DNA of 63,681 nucleotides, the filler included, from Deltaproteobacteria bacterium (GTDB lineage Bacteria > JAUYMQ01), in assembly GCA_030698575.1 (NCBI GenBank). It is 9 parts of 9 records of this genome, joined end to end, with 100 filler letters (N's around TTAATTAATTAA, not from the genome) between each part and the next. Parts side by side here need not be neighbours in the genome. Positions count along the whole stretch, not along the records: positions 48,742 to 57,769 come from JAUYMQ010000548.1; positions 57,870 to 63,681 come from JAUYMQ010000550.1; 7 more parts are not named here. The stretch is one strand, 5' to 3'. Position 1 is the first letter of the stretch; each line of letters opens with the position of its first letter. This document shows positions 53,537-61,001 of this stretch, piece by piece. The notes beneath the pieces were generated by a model. That model was not told where the DNA came from, did not search any database, and saw only the letters and a list, made by a program, of their open reading frames with translations. A program made the translations under genes and the position numbers.

Positions 53537-54865
53537 TCAGATCGGAAATCGCTTACCCAGGGCCCGCATCGGTCCCCGTGTCATCTGCTTCATCACCTTG
53601 CGGGCCTGCAGGTACTGCTTCAGGAGCCGGTTCACGTCCTGGACGCGCGTGCCGCTGCCCAGGGCGATGCGACGACGGCGGCTCCCGTTGATGATCTGGT
53701 GGTTCCGGCGCTCCGAGTGGGTCATCGACTGGATGATGGCCTCGACCCGGACCAGTTCCTTCTCGTCGACCGAGAAGCCCTTCTTCTTCTTGAGCTGGCC
53801 CATGCCCGGGATCATGTCGAGGAGCCCCTCGAGGGATCCCATGCTCTTGATCTGCTGGAGCTGCCCGAGGAAATCCTCGAGCGTGAACTTGTCGCGGCGG
53901 ATCTTCTCGGCAAGCGCCTCGGCCTCGCCGGCGTCAATGGCCTGCTCGGCCTTCTCGACGAGCGATACGATGTCGCCCATGCCGAGGATCCGCGATGCCA
54001 TGCGCTCGGGGTGGAAAGGCTCGAGGGCGTCCATCTTCTCGCCCACACCGATAAACTTGATCGGCTTGCCGGTGACCTTCCTGAGCGAGAGCGCCGCGCC
54101 GCCCCGCGCGTCGCCGTCCATCTTCGTCAGAATCACGCCGGTCAGATCGAGCCGCTCGGAGAACGACTTGGCGATGTTCACCGCGTCCTGCCCTGTCATG
54201 GCGTCCGCCACGAGCAGGATCTCCCGGGGCTCCACGGCGGCACACATGCGGGCCAGCTCCTCCATCAACTCCTCGTCGACGTGAAGCCTGCCGGCGGTGT
54301 CCACCAGCACCGTATCGCACCCCTCCAGTTCCGCCTGGCGGACACCGGCGCGGACGATCTCGACCGGATCGGCGCCTTCTGGCGTGTCGTAGACGGGCAC
54401 GTCGAGCTGGCGCGCGAGCGTCTTGAGCTGCTCGATTGCGGCCGGGCGCTGGACGTCGGCAGGAACCAGATAGGGCGTGCGCTTGCGGCCCCGGAGCATT
54501 AGCGCGAGTTTCCCCGCCGTGGTCGTCTTGCCGGAGCCCTGGAGCCCGACGAGGAGGATCGGCACGGGGGGCTTCGCTGCGAGATCCAGATCGCGATGCC
54601 CGCCCCCCATGAGATCCACGAGCGCGTCGTTGACGATCTTCACAAACTGCTGCGCCGGCGTGATGCTGTCGAGCACTTCGCGCCCGAGCGCTTTCTCCTT
54701 CACCTCGTCCGTGAAAGCCCGGGCCACCTTGAAGTGCACGTCGGCCTCGAGGAGGCTCATGCGCACTTCGCTCACCGCCTCGAGGACGTTCGCCTCGCGG
54801 AGCTTGCCGTAGCCGCGAAGCTTCTTGAAGGTGATCGCGAGCTTGTCGGATAGGGCGTCGAGCAT
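53537..54865 (-). CDS. ffh: Signal recognition particle protein
   Basis: GLQGSGKTT, DTAGR, TKMDGDARGG, RILGMGD, SRRRRIALGSG. Confidence 0.97.
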   Translation of the reverse strand: MLDALSDKLAITFKKLRGYGKLREANVLEAVSEVRMSLLEADVHFKVARAFTDEVKEKALGREVLDSITPAQQFVKIVNDALVDLMGGGHRDLDLAAKPPVPILLVGLQGSGKTTTAGKLALMLRGRKRTPYLVPADVQRPAAIEQLKTLARQLDVPVYDTPEGADPVEIVRAGVRQAELEGCDTVLVDTAGRLHVDEELMEELARMCAAVEPREILLVADAMTGQDAVNIAKSFSERLDLTGVILTKMDGDARGGAALSLRKVTGKPIKFIGVGEKMDALEPFHPERMASRILGMGDIVSLVEKAEQAIDAGEAEALAEKIRRDKFTLEDFLGQLQQIKSMGSLEGLLDMIPGMGQLKKKKGFSVDEKELVRVEAIIQSMTHSERRNHQIINGSRRRRIALGSGTRVQDVNRLLKQYLQARKVMKQMTRGPMRALGKRFPI

Positions 54866-54967
54866 GGCTGGCCCGTTCGGGCGCCGGCGGGTCTCCGGCG
54901 TCGTACGGAAATCCCTTTGAGTTCGGGGCTTTGGCGACTGCCCCGAGGGAGGGGCGCAAGGGGAGGC

Positions 54968-54996
54968 AAGTTACGCCGAAAGGGGGGCGGTGTCAA
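54968..54996 (-). promoter_or_regulatory. Putative sigma70 promoter of the ffh operon
   Basis: Minus strand TTGACA-17 nt-TAACTT. Confidence 0.55.
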
Positions 54997-55183
54997 CGCC
55001 GCGGGTGTGTCCGCTCTATCTAGAGCCTCGTCGTGGCGCGGCCTTCCCGTGCTCGGCGGGGCCCCGTCCCCGCGCGGGGACGCCCGCGCCCCTCCCCGCC
55101 TTGGCCGGTTGCAGGGGTGGCTCCGGGGCTGCTATCAACGATCGCGCCGTTGAAGGGTGGTGCCGACGGAGAGGGGAGGTTCG

Positions 55184-55534
55184 ATGAGGACGAAGAAGAT
55201 CCGGGCTTTCCGGCCGGCCCGCGAGGTGCTCGAGGCCGTGCTGGACCGGCTGAAGCTTACCCAGAGCGTGCGCGAGCACCGGGTGTTCGAGATCTGGGAC
55301 GCCGCCGTGGGACCCCAGGTGGCCGCCCACGCGCGCCCCCAGAGCATCGCGAAGGGTGTGCTCCGCGTCCGCGTCGATCACAACACCTGGCTCCAGCAAC
55401 TCACCTACATGAAGAGCGTGCTGCTCGACAAACTGAACGCGCAGCTCGGCGAGGGAACGCTCGCCGATCTCGATCTGCGTCTTGGCAAGATCGCGCCCCG
55501 GGTCAATCCATCGCGTGAAAGGTCAGGCCGGTGA
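55184..55534 (+). CDS. DUF721/DciA family protein
   Basis: WDAAVGPQVAAHARP...GVLRVRV...WLQQL; GGAGG RBS. Confidence 0.8.
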   Translation: MRTKKIRAFRPAREVLEAVLDRLKLTQSVREHRVFEIWDAAVGPQVAAHARPQSIAKGVLRVRVDHNTWLQQLTYMKSVLLDKLNAQLGEGTLADLDLRLGKIAPRVNPSRERSGR

Positions 55535-56831
55535 GGAGCTTCGGGTAGAAGTAGGTGGACTTCTGCGGCATTACGTGTCCCGCCTGCGCCACGGCGAGCA
55601 CCTCGGCGGGGGGCGTCGGGTTCAGCAGGAACGCCGCCGCGTGACTCCCCCCCCTGACCATGCTGATCGCTTTTTCAGGATCGGCCGTGTAGTCGATGCG
55701 GCGCTGCTGCTTGAAGTCCTCCTCGGTCATCCCCAGCATCATTTCGAAGATCTCCCCGTGAAGGATCGACACATCGAGCCGGGCAAGCGGCGACGCGGCC
55801 GGGTTCCGCGCGCGGGTCGTCAGGTAGAGGTTCGCCTCTCCCCCCAGCGCCACGCCGAAGGCCGTCTTGCCTTCGCTCTCCGCCCCCGCCATCGCCGAGA
55901 GAAGTTTCACCGGCGCGTCGCCGTCCGCAACGCCCCCGACCTTCTTCAGATCAAACGTGCGCCCCAGGCGGTCACGGAGTGCCGCCGGCGTGATGCCGGT
56001 CTCGCGAACCACGCGGTGGTAGCCGAGAACCGTCGTGCCGGGATCATCCATGGACGCGATGAGCACCATGACGTGGTCCCATGGGCGGTCGCCGCTGCTT
56101 CCGTGCGTCTCGCGCATGAGATCGCGGTAGGCGCGGGCCGTTTCATACCGGTGATGCCCGTCGGCAATGAGCAGCGGCCGATCGCGCATCGCTTCCTGGA
56201 AGTCGCGGGCCGTTCCGGTATCAACGCGGAGCAGGCGATGGCGCGCCTCGCCGTTCTCGAACTCCGCGAGCGGCTCGGCGCCCGCCGCCTTCGCGCACAA
56301 CTCCGCGAAACGGCCGTCGGAGTCCGGCATGAGCATGAAAACTTGCGACAGGTGGGCACTTACCGCCTGCATGAGGCGCAGACGGTCATCGCGCGGCGCG
56401 GCAAGGGTTCGTTCATGGGGAAGGACCACACGTGCCTCGTAGTCCTCGATGCGGACGAGGCAGATGAGCCCCAACCGCCGCCGCTCGACCTCGCGCCCCG
56501 AAGCCTCGCGCACGCGGTAGCGATCCTCTGCGAGATACAGCCCCGGCTCGGCGTCCTGCGCCAGCACCCCCTCCCGCCGCCAGGCGGCGAGATCGCGCGC
56601 GGCCAGCACATACTTATCCTCGCCCTTCCGTTCTGTTGCCCCTTCAAGCCCCCGTTCTCTTGCCTCTTCTACAGGCAGGATGAGCCGCACGGCGTTGTAC
56701 TCACTCCGCGCGCAAAGCGCTTCCCGGGCTTCGGGCGAGATGACGTCGTAGGGGGGCGCCACGACCGACGAGAGATCGGGCACGCGGGCGGGGTGGTACC
56801 GGAGAGCCTTGAAGGGAGAGATGATCGCCAT
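55503..56831 (-). CDS. DUF1015 family protein
   Basis: PFKALRY, APPYDVIS, PHERT, IADGHHRYET, MPQKSTYFYPKL. Confidence 0.9.
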   Translation of the reverse strand: MAIISPFKALRYHPARVPDLSSVVAPPYDVISPEAREALCARSEYNAVRLILPVEEARERGLEGATERKGEDKYVLAARDLAAWRREGVLAQDAEPGLYLAEDRYRVREASGREVERRRLGLICLVRIEDYEARVVLPHERTLAAPRDDRLRLMQAVSAHLSQVFMLMPDSDGRFAELCAKAAGAEPLAEFENGEARHRLLRVDTGTARDFQEAMRDRPLLIADGHHRYETARAYRDLMRETHGSSGDRPWDHVMVLIASMDDPGTTVLGYHRVVRETGITPAALRDRLGRTFDLKKVGGVADGDAPVKLLSAMAGAESEGKTAFGVALGGEANLYLTTRARNPAASPLARLDVSILHGEIFEMMLGMTEEDFKQQRRIDYTADPEKAISMVRGGSHAAAFLLNPTPPAEVLAVAQAGHVMPQKSTYFYPKLLTGLTFHAMD

Positions 56832-56842
56832 GGGAGTCGTTG

Positions 56843-57505
56843 CTACTCCTTCGCCCGCGAGGACTGCTTGAGGGCGGCTTCGATTTCGGACTCCGTGACG
56901 CGGCCGGCTCGGAGTACCCGGGGCGGATCCACGGTGACGTCCAGGATTGTCGAGGCGGGTCCGCCCGGCGTCGGGCCTCCGTCGACAACGAGGTCGAGGG
57001 CCTCGCGCAGGGCGGGGTCGATCGCGCCGGCCGACGAGGCCTCGGGGGCGCCGCTCAGGTTGGCGCTGGTCGCCGTGATCGGAAAGCCGCAGCGGGCCGC
57101 AAGTGCGGCGGCCACCGGGTGGCTCGAGACGCGCGCGCCGATTCGGCCCGTTCCGGCGGTCAGGCGGTCGGAGAGGCCGGGCGCGGCCCTGAAGACCAGC
57201 GTGAGCGGCCCCGGCCAGAAGGCGTCCATGAGTTTTCGCGCGGAGATCGGGACCTCGGCGACGAGCGGGGCCAGTGCCGCGGCGTCGGCGACGATCACCG
57301 AGACGGGAAGCGCTTCCGGCCTTCCCTTCGCCTCGTAGAGGCGATCGAGCGCCAGAGGCGAGGCGGCATTGGCGCCCAGGCCGTAGAAGGTCTCGGTCGG
57401 GTATGCGACGAGTCCGTCGCGCCGCAGCGCCTCGACCACGCGGTCGAGGGCGGCGCCGCCCGCCACCACATCCTCGGCCTTCACCTTCTCCGGCGCCCGT
57501 GTCAC
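56843..57505 (-). CDS. tsaC: L-threonylcarbamoyladenylate synthase (Sua5/YrdC)
   Basis: YPTETFYGL, KGRP, FWPGPLTL, TSANLSG. Confidence 0.92.
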   Translation of the reverse strand: MTRAPEKVKAEDVVAGGAALDRVVEALRRDGLVAYPTETFYGLGANAASPLALDRLYEAKGRPEALPVSVIVADAAALAPLVAEVPISARKLMDAFWPGPLTLVFRAAPGLSDRLTAGTGRIGARVSSHPVAAALAARCGFPITATSANLSGAPEASSAGAIDPALREALDLVVDGGPTPGGPASTILDVTVDPPRVLRAGRVTESEIEAALKQSSRAKE

Positions 57506-57769
57506 CGCTTGCCGCGCTTCCGCTGCAGCGCGCGGTCCTTCGCCTCGACCGAGTCGGCCATCGCCGCCTTGAACTCGGCAATGCGCTTGCGGAGCGCGTG
57601 ATCGCCGAGCCCGAGAATCTGGGCGGCCAGCACGCCCGCGTTCCGCGCGCCGCTCTTCCCCACCGCCATCGTGGCGACGGGAACGCCCGGCGGCATCATG
57701 GCGGTCGAGAGCAGCGCGTCGAGCCCCTCCAGAGGCCCCGAGTCGATCGGCACGCCGATCACGGGCACG
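57502..57769 (-). CDS. purE: N5-CAIR mutase, C-terminal part
   Basis: PVIGVP...GLDALLS..MPPGVPVAT...NAGVLAAQIL. Confidence 0.92.
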
Positions 57770-57869
57770 NNNNNNNNNNNNNNNNNNNNNNNNNNNNNNN
57801 NNNNNNNNNNNNNTTAATTAATTAANNNNNNNNNNNNNNNNNNNNNNNNNNNNNNNNNNNNNNNNNNNN
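57770..57869. other. Artificial contig linker
   Basis: N44-TTAATTAATTAA-N44. Confidence 0.98.
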
Positions 57870-57870
57870 G

Positions 57871-58035
57871 CAGGCCTCGACCGTGAAGCAGGCCGATCTT
57901 TGTCTCCGGCCTCCTGTGGCTCAATTTGGTCTTCTGGAATTTGAATCCTTCAATAAAATCGCGGAGTCGGGATACCGCCACGCGATGGAAGTGCTCGAGC
58001 CGTGGTGGAAATCGATGGACGCGCCTGTTGGCTAG
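57871..58035 (+). CDS. Patatin-like phospholipase, C-terminal fragment
   Basis: ADLCLRPPVAQFGLLEFESFNKIAESGY resembles the NTE/patatin C-terminus. Confidence 0.65.
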   Translation, partial: QASTVKQADLCLRPPVAQFGLLEFESFNKIAESGYRHAMEVLEPWWKSMDAPVG

Positions 58036-59086
58036 GCGGGTCGCCGCACCCCTCTGCTTCCTCCTGAACCTCACCGCCTGCGCGCAACATGCGGGGCCGG
58101 CGGTCCCGGCCGCACCAGCCGGAGCCGCCGAACGGGGGGTGGAATCCGCTGCGGCGATGGACAGCCTTCGCACGACGGTCGAGGCCCTCGTCGCGGGGGG
58201 TGGCAACCTCGGGCGCTTCCGCGCCCTCCGCGCCCGGGTTGATGAGATGGGCCTTGGCGCCCAGTCGCGCGTCGAGCGGATCGATTGGTGGACCTTCCAG
58301 AAGAACCTGCTGATCGAGATTCCCGGCCCTTCCGATCGCATCATCTATATAACCGCGCACTACGACCGGACCGACGCCAGCCCGCTCAAGGTCGTGAGCC
58401 TCTTCCTGAACGGGCTGCCGGACGAGGCGCTCGGCTGGTCGTACCTTTCCGACGGCGCGATCGACAACGCCACCGGCGTAGCCGTCGCGCTGGAACTGGC
58501 GCGCCATCTCGCCTCTTCGAAACCGCGCGACACCTACCGCGTGCTTCTGACCGGCGCCGAGGAGTCGGGATTGCGCGGCAGCCGGGCGCACGTGAGCCGG
58601 CTGTCGGAAGACGAGCGCGGGAGGCTCGCCTTCGCGGTAAACATCGACACCGTCGGCCTCGCGTCGAACGCGAATTGCGTCACGGAAAACGTCTCGAACT
58701 CCGACTTGCTCGCGGCTGCGCGCGCCGCCTCGAAATCGCTTGGCTATCCGCTCGAGGACGACCGGCTGCCTTTCGGCGCCCACGGCGATTTCGCGCCGTT
58801 CCGGCGCACGAGCTTCGGGCGCGACGTCGCCTACGGGCTGATCTTCAACATGCCGGGGGGGCTTCTCCCGCAGCGGAGCTGGTTCACCGGGCCGCTCTCG
58901 GCGCCGGTGATCAACTTCTCCGCCTGTGGGCTGGTGGGGCCCTCCGACTACCTCGCTTCGGCAACGCTCCTGCCCGTGGGCCAGCTTCACGGTCCGCGCG
59001 ACCGGACTTCCGGCGTGGATCGCGAACGCCTGTTCGAGCAATACGCTATCATCCTTAAACTACTGGGGTCAGACCCCTTTATTTGA
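58028..59086 (+). CDS. M28 family metallopeptidase, lipoprotein
   Basis: TTG 58028, lipobox LTAC; AHYD, GAIDNATG, AEESGLRGS, NIDTVG, H..RD. Confidence 0.82.
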   Translation: MARRVAAPLCFLLNLTACAQHAGPAVPAAPAGAAERGVESAAAMDSLRTTVEALVAGGGNLGRFRALRARVDEMGLGAQSRVERIDWWTFQKNLLIEIPGPSDRIIYITAHYDRTDASPLKVVSLFLNGLPDEALGWSYLSDGAIDNATGVAVALELARHLASSKPRDTYRVLLTGAEESGLRGSRAHVSRLSEDERGRLAFAVNIDTVGLASNANCVTENVSNSDLLAAARAASKSLGYPLEDDRLPFGAHGDFAPFRRTSFGRDVAYGLIFNMPGGLLPQRSWFTGPLSAPVINFSACGLVGPSDYLASATLLPVGQLHGPRDRTSGVDRERLFEQYAIILKLLGSDPFI

Positions 59087-59118
59087 ATCGACGATTAAAT
59101 TAAAGGGGTCTGACCCCA
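59064..59118. repeat. REP-like inverted doublet (GGGGTCAGACCCC type)
   Basis: TGGGGTCAGACCCCTTTATTTGAATCG-A-CGATTAAATTAAAGGGGTCTGACCCCA near-perfect palindrome. Confidence 0.75.
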
Positions 59119-59135
59119 TTACTTTAGAGGGTGGG

Positions 59136-59582
59136 ATGGAAATCAACGGAATGGCGCACGTGATGCTGACGGTGAGCGACTTTGCGGCCTGCAAACCCTT
59201 CTACGAGAAACTCCTGGGCGCCCTTGGAATGAAGCCCGTCATCGATTTCGACGGCATGTACTACTGCGTTGGCGGACGGACGGCGCTGGGAATCATGCGG
59301 GCCGATGAAAAGTACGCGAAGGAACGATTCGTGCAGACGCGCGTGGGACTGCATCACGTCTGTCTCCGCGCGCGCGAGCGCAAAGACGTCGACGAGGCTC
59401 ATGTTTTCGTGAAGGAGCTGGGGGCAAAGATTGTCCACCCACCGGAGGAAGCGGTTTTCGCGCCAGGCTACTACTCGGTGCTGTTCGAGGACCCCGACGG
59501 CATCCGTATCGAGGTGAACCACGTGCCGGGAAAAGGCCTCCTCGCTGAAGATTCCATGCGCTCCGGCCGCACCCCGCCATGA
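59136..59582 (+). CDS. VOC/glyoxalase family protein
   Basis: HVMLTVSD...FY, GLHHVCL, YYSVLFEDPDGIRIE. Confidence 0.88.
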   Translation: MEINGMAHVMLTVSDFAACKPFYEKLLGALGMKPVIDFDGMYYCVGGRTALGIMRADEKYAKERFVQTRVGLHHVCLRARERKDVDEAHVFVKELGAKIVHPPEEAVFAPGYYSVLFEDPDGIRIEVNHVPGKGLLAEDSMRSGRTPP

Positions 59583-59594
59583 GGTCCGAGGGCC

Positions 59595-60455
59595 ATGGGC
59601 GTCGCCATCGCTGAAGTGAAGGTCCGCAGCATCCTGACGCGGGCCACGGGCTATCTCCGGACCGTCAGCTCCCACTCGCTCCAGCCCTACCGCGGCTGCA
59701 CCTACGGAAACACCCTCTGCGGGGTGGGCTGCTACGTGCAGCACAATCGCTTTCTGACGCGCGACGCGCTCTGGGGGAGCTTCCTCGATGCGCGCGTGAA
59801 CGCCGCGGCCGCCTACCTGGAGCAGCATGACCGGGAGCGGCGCTGGGCCCGGAGCGCGCGCGGCGACTTCGCGATCTTCCTTTCGAGCAGCACCGATCCC
59901 TTTGTGCCGCAGGAGCGCCGCTACGGCGTCACGCGCGGCGTGCTCGAAGCCATGCGCGAGGCGCCGCCGGACGCGCTCATCCTTCAAACCCACTCCCACC
60001 GCGTGACGGATTACCTCGATCTCTATCCCGAACTCGCGCGGCGGTGCGATCTTCGCGTGCATCTCTCGATCGAGAGCGATCGCAACACGCTTCCGGGCCT
60101 GCCGCCCCCCGCAAGCCCGGTGGCGCGGCGCTTCGAGGCCGCCGCTGCCCTGAAGGCGGCGGGGTTGCGCGTGGTCATCACGGTTTCACCGCTGCTCCCG
60201 ATTGCCGATCCCGAAGCCTTCTTCTCGCGCATCGCCGTGGTGGCCGACGCCGTGGTCATTGATCACTTCATCGAGGGCGACGGTTCGCGGAGCGGGGAGC
60301 GCACGCTGCGAACCTCGCTCCCGGCCGCCATGGCCCGCGCGGACCCCGCGTCGACCGGGCTTGCCTACCGCGACCGGATGATCGCGATCGCGCGAAAGAT
60401 CATGCCCGGGCGCGTGGGCGTCAGCATCGACGGCTTCGCCGGCCGCCTGACTTAG
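59595..60455 (+). CDS. SplB-like radical SAM protein with atypical cysteine spacing
   Basis: SILT..., QPYRGCTYGNTLCGVGCY, SSSTDPFVPQE...TR, ILQT, SPLLP. Confidence 0.75.
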   Translation: MGVAIAEVKVRSILTRATGYLRTVSSHSLQPYRGCTYGNTLCGVGCYVQHNRFLTRDALWGSFLDARVNAAAAYLEQHDRERRWARSARGDFAIFLSSSTDPFVPQERRYGVTRGVLEAMREAPPDALILQTHSHRVTDYLDLYPELARRCDLRVHLSIESDRNTLPGLPPPASPVARRFEAAAALKAAGLRVVITVSPLLPIADPEAFFSRIAVVADAVVIDHFIEGDGSRSGERTLRTSLPAAMARADPASTGLAYRDRMIAIARKIMPGRVGVSIDGFAGRLT

Positions 60456-60520
60456 GCTCGTTGGCCCCTGTACCCCGCCCCTGCTAGACTCGTCATTCGA
60501 ACCCTGACAACTCTGGTAGA

Positions 60521-60588
60521 CGGCTCCGTTCTATTGCCGACTCTCATGTCGGCCTTGCGGGCGGCTCCGTTCTATTGCCGACTCTCAT
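60521..60588. repeat. Perfect 27-bp direct repeat (2 copies) upstream of msrB
   Basis: CGGCTCCGTTCTATTGCCGACTCTCAT at 60521-60547 and 60562-60588. Confidence 0.85.
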
Positions 60589-60602
60589 AAGGACTGACGT
60601 CC

Positions 60603-61001
60603 ATGGCCGACAAGATCGCCAAGCCCGACGCGGAGTGGCGCAAGCAGCTTACGCCGGAGCAGTACGAGGTCACGCGCCGGAAGGGGACCGAGCGCGCCTT
60701 CACCGGCGAGTACAACGACTGCAAGGACGATGGCGTTTACCGCTGCATCGGGTGCGGAAACGAGCTGTTCAGCTCGGCCGACAAGTTCAATTCAGGCACG
60801 GGGTGGCCCAGCTACACGCGCCCGACGGATCCCGGCGGGGTGATTACCGAAGAAGACGAAAGCCACGGCATGCGCCGGATCGAGGTGATGTGCAGCCGGT
60901 GCGAAGCGCACCTCGGCCACGTTTTCGACGACGGTCCGCCGGAGACCGGCAAGCGTTACTGCATCAACTCGGCCGCCCTGAAGCTCGAACGGAAGAAGTA
61001 G
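60603..61001 (+). CDS. msrB: Peptide methionine sulfoxide reductase B
   Basis: [35 protein letters not shown]. Confidence 0.96.
   Translation: MADKIAKPDAEWRKQLTPEQYEVTRRKGTERAFTGEYNDCKDDGVYRCIGCGNELFSSADKFNSGTGWPSYTRPTDPGGVITEEDESHGMRRIEVMCSRCEAHLGHVFDDGPPETGKRYCINSAALKLERKK

Noticed and set aside
45249-57338. Long ORFs 45249-47126(+) and 55482-57338(+), and the N-terminal extension of 55503-57581(-)
   Set aside because: Shadow frames of polX, DUF1015 and tsaC; the real DUF1015 start is 56831
60521-60588. Direct repeat pair as a mini-CRISPR
   Set aside because: Only two copies, a 14-nt spacer and no cas genes in the window
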